The position numbers and the translations under genes were made by a program. Shown here one piece after another: positions 1 through 11,334 of a DNA stretch of 64,000 nucleotides. Below the pieces are notes generated by a model that saw only the letters and a program-made list of their open reading frames with translations, was not told where the DNA came from and made no database searches. Source of the DNA: a bacterium (lineage in GTDB: Bacteria; SAR324; JACQKK01); assembly GCA_965240465.1 (NCBI GenBank), contig OZ251219.1:160001-224000 (forward strand), written 5' to 3'. Each line of letters begins with the position of its first letter. Position 1 is the first letter of the stretch.

Positions 1-668
1 CAAGTAGCAATATCCGATAGGGTATAAGCATTGAGTACCGCAGCAGTATTGAGAGTTGAGCCCATGCTGCTTCCTGTTTCCAAGTACCACCGAGACACAT
101 ATTGCCAAGGAGCTAAATGGCGAACATTCCAGAGGTATTTTTCCATTTGGTGTGTGCCGCTTTTATCTCCTCGTGAGAGGAAGATAGATTTTGATTGCTG
201 TATTCTCTGAAAAGCATCAGAGAAATGTTTTGGAGAATCAGTCAGGAATACCATTTGTACTTGAGCAGGATCCGCTTTCGGCCCCACCAAAACAAAATGA
301 TTGTAAAACACCGGCCGGCGTTTAACTCCCCATCCTTGAGAAATAAATTGCTTTTCTCGTGGAGGATCATGGACAAGAAGTGCATCAACATCGCCTTTTT
401 TAGCTAAAGTAAACGCCGCACCACTGCCGACCACAACCATCCGCACATTGATTCCTGTTTGCTGTTCAAAAGAAACCTTTAGCCATGGCAATAAGCCCGA
501 ATTATCAGTAGTAGTAGTAGCTGCAATTTTTAATGACTCCGCAGATACTGGAGTAATTACAAGGCATAGGCAAACAAACACCGCCCAGACTAGAACTCGT
601 CTTAATTTAAGAAATAGCAACGCAAATACGACGTCTGAAAGGTATCTAAAAGCATCAACAATCACCAT
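1..668 (-). CDS. tupA: Tungstate ABC transporter substrate-binding protein (3' end runs off the window; absent from the ORF track)
   Basis: Manual minus-strand translation from ATG 668 gives a hydrophobic signal region, then LKIAATTTTDNSGLL, VVVGSGAA, GDVDALLVHDP, YNHFVLVGP, FLSRGDKSGTH, WYLETGSSMGSTL and AYTLSD, the TupA motif series. The start is uncertain (TTG 620 is an alternative). Confidence 0.88.
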   Translation of the reverse strand, partial: MVIVDAFRYLSDVVFALLFLKLRRVLVWAVFVCLCLVITPVSAESLKIAATTTTDNSGLLPWLKVSFEQQTGINVRMVVVGSGAAFTLAKKGDVDALLVHDPPREKQFISQGWGVKRRPVFYNHFVLVGPKADPAQVQMVFLTDSPKHFSDAFQRIQQSKSIFLSRGDKSGTHQMEKYLWNVRHLAPWQYVSRWYLETGSSMGSTLNTAAVLNAYTLSDIAT

Positions 669-762
669 CTTTTCCCGCCGGGAAACTACAGCAACATAAT
701 AAGATAAACCCCAATGACTACCAATCAAATATAGCCTAAAGATGTATTAAAACGCCTCTACT

Positions 763-3700
763 TTATTGTTCTGCTTCTAATAACTGCTGGCGTTGTGCCT
801 CTAGTTCAGCAGCGGCGGCTTCATCAGTGATGCGATAGGTGGTGTTTTTGAAATCACGGAAACCGGTTCCACAAGGAATAAGCCTTCCCATGATCACATT
901 TTCCTTAAGACCACGTAGATAATCAACCTTGCCCTGGATGGCAGATTCGGTAAGTACCTTGGTAGTCTCTTGGAAAGAGGCTGCAGAAATGAATGAATCG
1001 GTACTTAGAGCTGCCTTAGTTATGCCTTGTAGAACCACCTTACCTCTGGCGGGTTCTTTATTGGTAGCAATAGCATCTGAATTAGCACGTTCAAAATCCT
1101 TGCGAGACACCAGCTCATTGATTAGGAAGGTAGTGCTACCCGGATCTATAACTCGAATTTGACGTAACATTTGACGGACAATCACCTCAATGTGTTTATC
1201 GTGAATGCCTACTCCTTGCAGGCGATATACCTCTTGTACTTCATCCACCATGTATTTTTGGAGCTCTTTAGTACCCAATACAGCAAGCATATCGTGAGGG
1301 TTAGCCAAACCATCTACAATGGAATCCCCAGCACGAACATAATCACCCTCATGGACGATGATATGTTTTCCACTTGGAATCAAGTATTCCTTTGCATCTC
1401 CTTGCTCAGGGGTAACAATCACCTTATGTTTGCGCTTAACATCCTTTCCAAAGCTCACTTGGCCATCAATTTCAGATATTATGGAAGTTTCTTTGGGTAT
1501 GCGTGCTTCAAAAAGTTCTGCCACCCTAGGGAGACCGCCAGTAATATCGCGATTCCTAAGGATTTCCCGTGGTAGTCGAGCAAGCACTGTGCCTGTTTCT
1601 ACCTGTTGTCCTTCTTCCACCATTAATTCTGCTTTGGCAGGCAAGCTAACCCGAGCTGGTTGACTACCATCAAAAGATTTTACTACAGCACCGTTTTTGT
1701 CATAAATAGAGATAGTCGGGCGAAATCCAGCTGAAGGTTCCACAATTACTCTACGAGACAGTCCAGTTTCTTTGTTCACCTGTTCTATCATAGTGTTGCC
1801 TTCAACAATATCAGAGAATCTAACTATTCCTGAAGCACCAGAAAGGATAGGTACAACAAAAGGGTCCCACTCTGCCAGTGCCTGACCACGTTTGATATCC
1901 GTTCCCGAAGACACCAACATAATTGCTCCTACTGGGAGAGCTCGTTGCTCTAGTTCTTGTCCTTCTTCATTAACCACTAAGGCTTCGGCTTTACGACTCA
2001 TAACAACCCCCCTTCCATCGTTGTTTCTTACGACCCGCATCTGGCTGTAATCTAGCTTCCCAGAGAATTTGGCATCCCAACGACTGATCTCTGCGCGCTT
2101 ACTAGCCGCACCACCCATGTGGAAAGTACGCATTGTTAACTGTGTCCCGGGTTCGCCAATACTTTGAGCCGCAATCACACCCACAGCTTCTCCATGAGCA
2201 ATAATCCGCCCCCGAGACAAATCACGACCGTAGCATAACGCACAAATTCCGTGTTCCTGACGGCATGTCAATACCGATCTAATCCACATTCTTTCAATAC
2301 CAGCCTCTTCAATAGAATGAGCTATTGCCTCGTCAATTTGTTCACCGGCTTTTACCATCAAAGAATTGTTAGTTGGGTCCGACACATCTTCCAAAGACAC
2401 TCTACCTACCACCCTTTCGCCAAGAGTTTCTATGATCTCTCCTGCTTCAATAAGTGCAGTAATTTCAATGCCATCCATGCTACCGCAATCATTATTGGTT
2501 ATGATGGCATCCTGTGCTACATCTACCAATCTACGGGTCAAATAACCCGAATTTGCTGTCTTTAGAGCCGTATCGGCTAAGCCCTTACGTGCTCCGTGAG
2601 CGGAAATAAAGTACTGCAAAACGCTGAGGCCTTCACGAAAATTTGCAGTAATAGGAGTTTCTATGATCTCACCCGAGGGCTTGGCCATCAACCCCCGCAT
2701 ACCCGCCAACTGCTTCATTTGCTGTGGGCTACCCCTAGCACCAGAATCTGACATCACAAAAATAGAATTGGTCGTTCCTTCACGCAGTTGTTGACTGCTA
2801 CTTAAATTCTTCAGCATGGTGTCAGCAACTTGGTCTGTGAGGCGTGCCCAAACATCAATTACTTTATTGTAGCGTTCTCCTTCAGTGATCAAGCCATCCA
2901 CATATTGTTGACGTACTTCTAGTACCTCATTTTCTGCCTGATTCAGTAATTTTGCCTTCTCTTTCGGAATTGCCATGTCCTCAATAGAAATTGAGAATCC
3001 TGCTTTAGTAGCATGATGAAAACCCAGAATCTTGATGGCATCCAACATTCTCAAAGCCACTTTACTACCACCCACTATGTTGGCTTGATCAACCAGAGCA
3101 GCCAATTCACGCTTTTTCAACAATCTATTGACCATTACAAAAGGCACTTGTGGTGGCACGTGGTTATACAAAAGTGCCCTTCCAACAGTGGTATTTTCCA
3201 CATTTTCGTGTATCCTGATGCGAATTCGGTCATGAAGCTTGACACAGTTGTGATCATAAGCCAGCTGTAGTTCTTCTAATGAGAAGAAGAATTTACCCTG
3301 ACCTTCTTTTTTTTCTTTGCCACTGAATTCTTTGGTCATCCAATAGAGTCCCAGCACCATATCCTGGGTAGGTGCCATAATAGGTTTCCCATTGGCAGAA
3401 GATAGAATGTTGTTGCTGGACATCATCAGTACTCGTGCTTCTAGTTGGGCTTCAATCGACAGCGGTATGTGAACAGCCATTTGGTCGCCATCAAAATCGG
3501 CATTGAATGCAGTACAAACCAGAGGATGTAATTGAATGGCTTTTCCTTCCACCAATAGAGGTTCAAACGCCTGAATCCCCAAGCGATGTAGCGTAGGTGC
3601 ACGATTGAGCAATATCGGATGTTCCTTTATCACTTCATCTAGTACCTCCCACACTTCAAGCCTGTGTTCCTCCACCATTTTTTTAGCTACCTTAATGGTA

Positions 3701-4890
3701 GATACCCCATAATTGGCCATCAATTTATGAAAAATAAAAGGCTTGAACAATTCCATAGCCATCAATTTTGGCAAGCCGCACTGATGAAGTTTGAGTTCAG
3801 GGCCTACAACAATCACGGTGCGTCCAGAATAATCAACTCGTTTTCCCAACAAATTCTGCCTAAAACGTCCCTGCTTACCCTTCAAAATATCACTCAGAGA
3901 TTTCAAGGCACGCCTGTTATTGCCCAGAATAGGGCGTCCTCGTCTACCATTGTCCAATAATGCATCTACTGCCTCTTGTAGCATTCGCTTCTCGTTGCGT
4001 AGAATCAGATCCGGTGCTAGTAGGTGAAGCAACCTCCTAAGACGATTGTTACGATGAATGACACGACGATATAAATCGTTCAAATCGCTGGTAGCAAAGC
4101 GTCCTCCATCTAAAGGCACCAATGGGCGAAGCTCTGGAGACAAAACCGGTAGCACATCAATAATCATGGAAGCTGATTCATTACCTGATTTCCTCATTGC
4201 TTCTACTATCTTTAGAAGCTTTATCACCTTTTTACGCTTAGCTTCCGAGGTTGCCGACCGCATTTCTTCATGCATCTCTTGGCTGATGAGATCCAAATCC
4301 ATGTCCGCTAAAATACCTTTGATTGTTTCTGCGCCCATGCCAATTTGCAAATCAGGATACTGATCTTGCAAATCTTCGGCTTGATCTTCTTCCACCAATT
4401 CGCGTTCCTTTAAGGGGGAGCTCCCAGGTTGAATAACCACATAGGCGTCATAGTACAACACTCGCTCTAATTCTCTCAGCGGCATATCCAGGAGATTAGC
4501 CATCCGACTAGGGATACCTTTCAAAAACCAGACATGAGAAACAGGACAAGCCAACTGAATATGCCCCAATCTCTCCCTACGCACCCGAGATTGAATCACC
4601 TCCACCCCGCATTTTTCGCAAGTAATGCCACGATGCTTCATGCGTTTGTACTTTCCACACAAACACTCATAATCGTGATTTGGCCCAAATATTCTGGCAC
4701 AGAATAGTCCATCCTTTTCTGGCTTAAAAGTTCGGTAATTTATGGTTTCAGAAGTTTTAACTTCGCCGTGAGACCACGACAAGATTTCCTCAGCAGAAGC
4801 CATCCGAATACGCACCTTAGAAAAGTTTATATTGTCGGACTGCGGCTGTCTTTGTTGTTTAGCCAGGAATGAGGTAGTAGCAATGTTCAT
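763..4890 (-). CDS. rpoC: DNA-directed RNA polymerase subunit beta'
   Basis: 1375 aa; N-terminal Zn ribbon (CLCGKY...CEKC), catalytic NADFDGD, bridge helix [23 protein letters not shown], trigger loop QLTMRTFH. Confidence 0.99.
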   Translation of the reverse strand: MNIATTSFLAKQQRQPQSDNINFSKVRIRMASAEEILSWSHGEVKTSETINYRTFKPEKDGLFCARIFGPNHDYECLCGKYKRMKHRGITCEKCGVEVIQSRVRRERLGHIQLACPVSHVWFLKGIPSRMANLLDMPLRELERVLYYDAYVVIQPGSSPLKERELVEEDQAEDLQDQYPDLQIGMGAETIKGILADMDLDLISQEMHEEMRSATSEAKRKKVIKLLKIVEAMRKSGNESASMIIDVLPVLSPELRPLVPLDGGRFATSDLNDLYRRVIHRNNRLRRLLHLLAPDLILRNEKRMLQEAVDALLDNGRRGRPILGNNRRALKSLSDILKGKQGRFRQNLLGKRVDYSGRTVIVVGPELKLHQCGLPKLMAMELFKPFIFHKLMANYGVSTIKVAKKMVEEHRLEVWEVLDEVIKEHPILLNRAPTLHRLGIQAFEPLLVEGKAIQLHPLVCTAFNADFDGDQMAVHIPLSIEAQLEARVLMMSSNNILSSANGKPIMAPTQDMVLGLYWMTKEFSGKEKKEGQGKFFFSLEELQLAYDHNCVKLHDRIRIRIHENVENTTVGRALLYNHVPPQVPFVMVNRLLKKRELAALVDQANIVGGSKVALRMLDAIKILGFHHATKAGFSISIEDMAIPKEKAKLLNQAENEVLEVRQQYVDGLITEGERYNKVIDVWARLTDQVADTMLKNLSSSQQLREGTTNSIFVMSDSGARGSPQQMKQLAGMRGLMAKPSGEIIETPITANFREGLSVLQYFISAHGARKGLADTALKTANSGYLTRRLVDVAQDAIITNNDCGSMDGIEITALIEAGEIIETLGERVVGRVSLEDVSDPTNNSLMVKAGEQIDEAIAHSIEEAGIERMWIRSVLTCRQEHGICALCYGRDLSRGRIIAHGEAVGVIAAQSIGEPGTQLTMRTFHMGGAASKRAEISRWDAKFSGKLDYSQMRVVRNNDGRGVVMSRKAEALVVNEEGQELEQRALPVGAIMLVSSGTDIKRGQALAEWDPFVVPILSGASGIVRFSDIVEGNTMIEQVNKETGLSRRVIVEPSAGFRPTISIYDKNGAVVKSFDGSQPARVSLPAKAELMVEEGQQVETGTVLARLPREILRNRDITGGLPRVAELFEARIPKETSIISEIDGQVSFGKDVKRKHKVIVTPEQGDAKEYLIPSGKHIIVHEGDYVRAGDSIVDGLANPHDMLAVLGTKELQKYMVDEVQEVYRLQGVGIHDKHIEVIVRQMLRQIRVIDPGSTTFLINELVSRKDFERANSDAIATNKEPARGKVVLQGITKAALSTDSFISAASFQETTKVLTESAIQGKVDYLRGLKENVIMGRLIPCGTGFRDFKNTTYRITDEAAAAELEAQRQQLLEAEQ

Positions 4891-4967
4891 GTATGCCTAA
4901 GGAAAAAATAAAAATAGCAATCAAAGAATTAAGTATAAAGGATGATAAACAAATTTCAGCCAAGCCA

Positions 4968-7900
4968 TTAAAGTAAATCTACGCTCAAGCAAAGACTTTT
5001 TAATTCATTGGTAAGCACCTTGAAAGATTCAGGAACACTAGTTTCCATTGCATAATTTCCTTTCACAATAGATTCATAGATGCTGTTTCTACCTATGATA
5101 TCATCAGACTTCACCGCCAACATTTCCTGCAGAGTGAATGCCGAGCCATAGGCTTGCAGAGCCCAAACTTCCATTTCACCGAAGCGCTGGCCACCAAATT
5201 GAGCCTTGCCTCCTAGTGGTTGCTGAGTAACTAGGGAATAAGGGCCAATGGAACGTGCATGAATTTTTTCGTCCACCAAATGATGAAGCTTCATCATATA
5301 GATTTTTCCCACGGTCACAAATTGATCAAATGGTTCTCCTGTAAAACCGTCATAGAGGGTAATTTGTCCAGAACTAGGTAGCTGGGCTAATTTTAGCAAG
5401 CGGAGGATATCGCTTTCTTTGGCACCATCAAAAACAGGGGTAGCCAAGTGAATGCCGTCCTGAAAGTCTGATACCAATTCCAGCAAGGCCTCATCATTCA
5501 GAGATTGAAAGTACTCCTGTACTCCCTCGTTTTTATAAACTTCATTTAGGTACTCACGTAATTTAGCTATCGGATGATGCTGTTTCACCATATCATTCAA
5601 CTGTTTTCCCAGTTCGTGAGCAGCCCAACCTAAGTGAGTTTCAAGCACTTGCCCCACATTCATGCGGCTAGGAACACCCAGCGGATTAAGCACTATATCC
5701 ACAGCCTGACCACCAGCCATATAGGGCATGTTTTCAATGGCTTCAATTCGTGAGACCACCCCTTTATTGCCATGGCGGCCAGCCATTTTATCGCCCTCAG
5801 ATAGCTTACGCTTTACCGCCAGACTGACCTTCACCATCCGAATAACCCCGGGGGGAAGATCATCACCTTCTTTCAATCTATCGCAACGGTTATGGTACAC
5901 TTTCTCCAGTAATTTCACCTGCGTTAAAGCAGCAGAAATAATTCTGCGTAGTTTGCGATCAGTATTCGCATCCGATACATGCACTTCATCCCATGCTTGC
6001 AGAGGGATACTATCTGCTACCTCAGCCGTTATTTTCTGTCCCTTTTTGCACAAAACCTCCCGACTGCCAGTACGAACCACATCAAATGCCAATTTTTTAT
6101 TCCCCACAAGCTTTAACGCCAATTGCAACAAATTCTCTCGCACAATCCGTACTTCATCCCGATAGTCTTTTGAAAATTGCTCCAGTGTTTCTTCCGCTAT
6201 TTGCTTACTGCGATCATCTTTTTCTAGCCCTTTGCGGTTGAAAACAACCACATTAATCACTACCCCAGAAATTCCTTGAGCAACCCGCAACGAAGTATCC
6301 CGAACATCACCTGCCTTTCCACCAAAGATGGCTCGCAACAGTTTCTCCTCTGGATTAGGCTGAGTCTCTCCCTTAGGGGTTACCTTTGCTACCAGGATGT
6401 CGCCTTGTTTCACGTACGTGCCGATCCGAACAATCCCACTGGCATCCAAATTACGTAAAACCTCTTCTCCCACATTTGGAATGTCTCTGGTAATGTCTTC
6501 CTGACCCAGCTTGGTCTCACGTGCAACAATCTCTAACTCTTCAATATGGATGGAGGTAAACAGGTCGTCGTGCAACACCCGCTCTGAAACCAATATAGAA
6601 TCCTCAAAATTGTAGCCATTCCAGGGCATAAATGCCACCAGCAGGTTCTGCCCCAAAGCTAACTCACCTTTATCACAAGAGCTGCCATCAGCAATGATAT
6701 CACCTACTTCCACTCTTTGGCCAACTTTCACGATCGGACGCTGGTTGATGCAAATATTCTGATTAGAACTCCTAAATTTTGAAAGATGGTAAATATCAAT
6801 ATTGGGAGTGTTATCATAGTCCACACCGATGTTAACATCAGATTGAACTATAACGCGTGCGGAGTCCAAGCGATTTACTACTCCTGCACGACTAGCTACC
6901 AAGCAAGCCCCTGAATCTGCTACGGTTTTTCTTTCCATGCCAGTGCCCACCAACGGGGCTTTTGGATCAATCAGAGGTACCGCTTGTCGTTGCATATTGG
7001 AACCCATCAGAGCTCGATTAGCATCATCATGCTCCAGAAAAGGAATTAGAGATGCTGCGGTGGACACCAATTGATGCGGAGCAACATCCATATAATCAAT
7101 TTCTTGGGCTTCAATCATTTCAAAATCGCCTTTGTGGCGTGCCGATATTAATGGGTTCGCAAATTTTCTGTTCTTATCTAAGACAGCATTAGCTTGGGCG
7201 ATTTTGAATTGGTCTTCTTCCACCGCAGATAGCAAGGCCACATCAGATAGTACCTTGGCTTTTTCTACCCTATGATAAGGAGTTTCAATAAATCCAAATT
7301 CATTTACAGATGCATAAATAGCTAAAGAAGCAATCAAGCCAATGTTAGGTCCCTCAGGCGTTTCTACTGGACAGATACGCCCATAGTGAGAAGAATGCAC
7401 ATCACGGACATCAAACCCAGCCCACTCACGGGTAAGACCGCCTGGACCCAGAGCACTGAGACGCCTCTTGTGGGTTATTTCCGCCAAGGGATTGGTCTGA
7501 TCCATAAATTGCGATAACTGACTACTACCAAAGAATTCGTTAACGGCCGCAGAAACTGGTTTAACATTAACGATGTCATGTAGCATCATTGATTCTGATT
7601 CCTGCAAGCTCATACGCTCTTTTATGGTGCGTTCCATGCGTACCAGCCCCACTCGGAATTGGTTTTCCAGCAATTCCCCCACCGCACGAACTCGCCTATT
7701 TCCCAGGTGGTCAATATCATCTACTGTTCCATTCCCTTCTCTCAAGTGTAGTAGATAACCTACAGTTTTTAAGATGTCTTCTTCTGTAAGTACAGTATTG
7801 TCCAGGCTCTCTTCTATACCTAGTTTTTTATTAAGTTTTAATCTTCCTACGCGAGACAAGCTGTAGCGTTCTGGATTAAAGAACAAGTTATTTAACAAAG

Positions 7901-9227
7901 AGCGAGCTGTTTCAAGGGTCGGAGGATCCCCTGGTTTCATACGCCTATAGAGTTCAATTTTTGCTTCATCGGGAGAACTTAAGCCATCTGATGCCAATGT
8001 TTCTCTGAAGGAATCTCCGATAGTGTTTTCTGCGGTGCACAGGAAGGATACCTGCTTGATACCCTCTTTGAGGATATTTTCCAAGTGTTCTTCAGTCAGT
8101 TGGCAATTAGCGGATATAATTACTTCGCCATTACCAGCTAGAATTTCCTGATCGGTATAGCGTCCAACCACATTTTCCGCAGTGGTGGGAATTTGCTTTA
8201 TCCCAGCTTGCTCGAGCTTTCTCAGTAGCACATTAGTAATACGACGACCCTTAGGAGCTAGCAATTTTTTAGACTGAGGATCTTTAATATCTAAGAGAAT
8301 CCTTTGTTGAAGTAGAGTACTGGCATTAAACTCTTGGAAGAACTTGCGTTTTTCAGGTGGTTTTCCTACGGCTTGGGAAGTATCTATTTTTTCAGTGGAA
8401 TAAAATCGGTTGAGCAATTCTTGTTCGCCGTATCCCAAGGCACGTAGCAAAATAGTCACCGGAAATTTTCTTTTACGGTCTACGCGAGCGTAGAAAATAT
8501 CTTTGGAATCAAATTCAAAATCTACCCAAGAACCCCGCTGAGGAATAATTCTAGCGGTGTAGAATTTTTTTCCTGTAGCACTGGTTTTAGTACTGTCATG
8601 AGTAAAAAACACCCCAGGACTTTTGTGCATTTGGCTAACAATAACCCGTTCTGTTCCATTGATGATAAAACCACCTTGGTCTGTCATAACGGGTAAGTCG
8701 TCAAGATAAACATCTTGTTCCTTGACCTCACGTATTTTCTTATTTTCTTTGGAAGATTCTTTGTCCCAAAGAACCATACGTAGTGCAATTCGTAACGGGC
8801 GAGAATAGGTAACCCCACGAATACGACATTCAGTTTCTGTGTAATGTGGTTCCCCTAGGGTATAGTGAACATAATCTAAGGTAGAAGTGTTGCTAAAATC
8901 GGAGATGGGGAAGATAGAGCGAAGTATTGCTTCCAACCCCACATTTTCACGCTTATCTGGAGGAACATCCAGTTGCAGAAATTTACGAAAAGAACACACT
9001 TGAACATCCAGCAGATGAGGCATGGGAGGAGCCTCAATACTGCCGAATGAAACGCGTGCTCGGTTTTGGAAGTGACGGAATTTACCTGCCAAGCCATTAC
9101 CATTATTGGTATCAATAGCAGTTACACTAGTCTTTGTTTTGGAAGCAACAGGCGATTTTTCTATATCTTTTAGGGTCGTTTTTAGGGGAGATTTAGACGT
9201 TTTTAATTCAGGGGTTTTGGCAGCCAT
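4968..9227 (-). CDS. rpoB: DNA-directed RNA polymerase subunit beta
   Basis: 1419 aa; [46 protein letters not shown]. Confidence 0.99.
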   Translation of the reverse strand: MAAKTPELKTSKSPLKTTLKDIEKSPVASKTKTSVTAIDTNNGNGLAGKFRHFQNRARVSFGSIEAPPMPHLLDVQVCSFRKFLQLDVPPDKRENVGLEAILRSIFPISDFSNTSTLDYVHYTLGEPHYTETECRIRGVTYSRPLRIALRMVLWDKESSKENKKIREVKEQDVYLDDLPVMTDQGGFIINGTERVIVSQMHKSPGVFFTHDSTKTSATGKKFYTARIIPQRGSWVDFEFDSKDIFYARVDRKRKFPVTILLRALGYGEQELLNRFYSTEKIDTSQAVGKPPEKRKFFQEFNASTLLQQRILLDIKDPQSKKLLAPKGRRITNVLLRKLEQAGIKQIPTTAENVVGRYTDQEILAGNGEVIISANCQLTEEHLENILKEGIKQVSFLCTAENTIGDSFRETLASDGLSSPDEAKIELYRRMKPGDPPTLETARSLLNNLFFNPERYSLSRVGRLKLNKKLGIEESLDNTVLTEEDILKTVGYLLHLREGNGTVDDIDHLGNRRVRAVGELLENQFRVGLVRMERTIKERMSLQESESMMLHDIVNVKPVSAAVNEFFGSSQLSQFMDQTNPLAEITHKRRLSALGPGGLTREWAGFDVRDVHSSHYGRICPVETPEGPNIGLIASLAIYASVNEFGFIETPYHRVEKAKVLSDVALLSAVEEDQFKIAQANAVLDKNRKFANPLISARHKGDFEMIEAQEIDYMDVAPHQLVSTAASLIPFLEHDDANRALMGSNMQRQAVPLIDPKAPLVGTGMERKTVADSGACLVASRAGVVNRLDSARVIVQSDVNIGVDYDNTPNIDIYHLSKFRSSNQNICINQRPIVKVGQRVEVGDIIADGSSCDKGELALGQNLLVAFMPWNGYNFEDSILVSERVLHDDLFTSIHIEELEIVARETKLGQEDITRDIPNVGEEVLRNLDASGIVRIGTYVKQGDILVAKVTPKGETQPNPEEKLLRAIFGGKAGDVRDTSLRVAQGISGVVINVVVFNRKGLEKDDRSKQIAEETLEQFSKDYRDEVRIVRENLLQLALKLVGNKKLAFDVVRTGSREVLCKKGQKITAEVADSIPLQAWDEVHVSDANTDRKLRRIISAALTQVKLLEKVYHNRCDRLKEGDDLPPGVIRMVKVSLAVKRKLSEGDKMAGRHGNKGVVSRIEAIENMPYMAGGQAVDIVLNPLGVPSRMNVGQVLETHLGWAAHELGKQLNDMVKQHHPIAKLREYLNEVYKNEGVQEYFQSLNDEALLELVSDFQDGIHLATPVFDGAKESDILRLLKLAQLPSSGQITLYDGFTGEPFDQFVTVGKIYMMKLHHLVDEKIHARSIGPYSLVTQQPLGGKAQFGGQRFGEMEVWALQAYGSAFTLQEMLAVKSDDIIGRNSIYESIVKGNYAMETSVPESFKVLTNELKSLCLSVDLL

Positions 9228-9289
9228 AAAATTTATAAGCAGAAGGTAAAAAAGTGATAGTTTAACAGCAAGGCCAGAGACAGAACGAC

Positions 9290-9318
9290 ATCAGTCAGCA
9301 ATTAAGGGCCGACCTGAT
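9290..9318 (-). promoter_or_regulatory. Candidate stem-loop in the rpoB 5' leader
   Basis: Minus strand reads ATCAG-G-TCGGC-CCTTAATT-GCTGA-CTGAT: a 10-bp stem with one bulge and one G-U pair and an 8-nt loop, about 60 nt upstream of the rpoB ATG. Function is not shown. Confidence 0.35.
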
Positions 9319-9510
9319 ATTTAGAGCCTGAATAACAGAAACAACATTTGTGCATCTCGCATAAGTGAGCCTATATGTATACCGCAAATTAAAAATAAAA
9401 ACAATAGGTTTTGCTTGTTTTTCTATTTTTTTTTTACGCTATAACTCATCTGTGCAATTAGTGTCTTATCTTTTAGCATCAAAAACCCTGATTTTATTGA
9501 TTTACTCGGT

Positions 9511-10488
9511 ATGGATATCCAGTCATTCAACTTTATGACAGATACCAAACTGTCGCAACAAAAGCTGGTGCTAACGATCGGCAATTTTGACGGTATTCAT
9601 ACTGGGCATCAGGTACTGCTCAAGAGAGTATCCCAAGTTGCCCGCCAACAAGATGCCACTGCTGGCGTTCTTACTTTTGATCCTCATCCTTCTGCCATTC
9701 TAAGAAGGCAGACACCGCCTCTGCTAACGACACAACAACACAAATGGTTATTGATGGAAATCTTGGGCATCCAAAAAATATGGGTGGCCGATTTTAATGA
9801 AGAACTAGCCTCCATGAGCACCGAGGATTTTGTTTATCGGTTGCTTCAGCGTCATTTGAAACCTATTCAGATGCTGGTGGGGCAAGACTTCCGCTTTGGA
9901 TTTCAACGCCGTGGTGATTCCAAAACCCTCTTCAATCTTGGAAAACAAGCCGGCTTCTCCGTGGAAATAATTCCAACCGTCAGTAGCAAACATGACAAAA
10001 TCAGTAGCTCTGTTCTACGTAATGAGATCGCTTCAGCTCGCTTTCAACAAGTAGCCAGTTTGTTGAAACGCCCCTATAGCATTGTGGGTACTGTACAACA
10101 CGGCAATAAAAGAGGGCATTCAATCGGTTTTCCTACCATTAATTTACAACCTAAATCTACTCTGGCTATTAACTACGGAGTGTTTGCTTGTCAAGTTTTT
10201 CTAAAAAATAAATGGTACGATGGTGTTTGTAATTATGGTATCCGCCCTACCTTTCAACAAACTATCCCCATATTAGAAGCCCACTTGTTTGATTATTCCA
10301 CCACCTGCTACAATGAAATCGTAGAGATTGTCCCCAGAAAACTACTACGCCCAGAAAAACGGTTTTCTTCTCCCCAAGCCCTCACAAAACAACTGAAAAA
10401 AGATTGTCAACAAGCAAAAGTATTGCTACCTACCTTGTCCGACCTTTTACCAAGCCCACTATTTCCTGCCATTGGGGACTATAAATAG
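9511..10488 (+). CDS. ribF: Bifunctional riboflavin kinase / FAD synthetase
   Basis: TIGNFDGIHTGH, TFDPHP, GQDFRFG, ISSS, GFPTIN, GIRPTF, LEAHLFD, LRPEKRF. Confidence 0.96.
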   Translation: MDIQSFNFMTDTKLSQQKLVLTIGNFDGIHTGHQVLLKRVSQVARQQDATAGVLTFDPHPSAILRRQTPPLLTTQQHKWLLMEILGIQKIWVADFNEELASMSTEDFVYRLLQRHLKPIQMLVGQDFRFGFQRRGDSKTLFNLGKQAGFSVEIIPTVSSKHDKISSSVLRNEIASARFQQVASLLKRPYSIVGTVQHGNKRGHSIGFPTINLQPKSTLAINYGVFACQVFLKNKWYDGVCNYGIRPTFQQTIPILEAHLFDYSTTCYNEIVEIVPRKLLRPEKRFSSPQALTKQLKKDCQQAKVLLPTLSDLLPSPLFPAIGDYK

Positions 10489-10654
10489 ACCATCATCCAC
10501 TAGCAAAAAAATGACTGACAAGAACCACCTTTATAAACTTAGATATATTCATCTTTAGGGCTATAGGAGAACTTTATACTGATATTTCATTGCGGACAAC
10601 AATTAAAAGTGTTATCGTCTATGGGGGTTGTTTCTAGCTGAATGTCACCAGATC

Positions 10655-11269
10655 ATGAAACTTTCTATTAAAGAATTCTCAAAAAAGAGAAGAGATTCTC
10701 AACCTGCCTATGTGTTTGATTTACGCTCAGCCGAAGAGTACCAAATTGATCACCTAGCGGGAGCTCACAATTTGCCCTTTCAATATTTAGAGTCCAATCT
10801 TCACCGCCTACCTTTTAGCGGTGATATCCTTTTCTATGACGGCGGCGAAGGAATATCTAAACAAGCGGCAGACATCCTTTGTGAGAACGGCTTCAGCGAC
10901 TATTTCTTCGTGGAAGAAGGGCATGAGAATTTAAAAAAATTTCTCAAAGACTCCTCTTTTGATATTAAGCTATCCTGTACCAAGGACGACCCCGTCTCGG
11001 TACAAAAAGAAGTCCTCCAAAACCTTCTTAATTTAGAGATAAATCCTGCAGTTTCTTCACATGGTGGTTATTTTTCCTTGATAGACATCAAAGATAACAA
11101 TGTTTACGTGGAACTCAGCGGCGGATGCCAAGGATGTGGAATGGTAGATGTTACACTGCGTCAAGGAGTAGAAAAGCGCATGCGTGAGGTCTTCCCTGAT
11201 ATGACTGCCCTGATAGACATTACGGACCACGCTGAAGGAGAAAATCCCTATTATCAGCCTTCCAAATAA
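10655..11269 (+). CDS. Rhodanese-like domain fused to a NifU/NfuA C-terminal Fe-S carrier domain
   Basis: N-terminal DLRSAEEY..DHLAGAHNLP (rhodanese fold); C-terminal INPAVSSHGG, ELSGGCQGC, TLRQGVE, DITDHAEGENPYY (NfuA-type). ATG 10655 preferred over TTG 10628. Confidence 0.85.
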   Translation: MKLSIKEFSKKRRDSQPAYVFDLRSAEEYQIDHLAGAHNLPFQYLESNLHRLPFSGDILFYDGGEGISKQAADILCENGFSDYFFVEEGHENLKKFLKDSSFDIKLSCTKDDPVSVQKEVLQNLLNLEINPAVSSHGGYFSLIDIKDNNVYVELSGGCQGCGMVDVTLRQGVEKRMREVFPDMTALIDITDHAEGENPYYQPSK

Positions 11270-11334
11270 CTCATCATCTGCTGCACAAAATAGCGGGTGA
11301 GATAATATAGCCAGCTTGTGGCATGGATCTATTT

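Noticed and set aside
195-699. Plus-strand ORFs 195..407 and 448..699
   Set aside because: They are antisense shadows of the minus-strand tupA, which the ORF track missed because it runs off the edge.
7440-7530. Rifampicin-resistance allele in RpoB cluster I
   Set aside because: Positions equivalent to Q513, D516, H526 and S531 are wild type. Ala at 522 (NPLAE) is a common natural variant.
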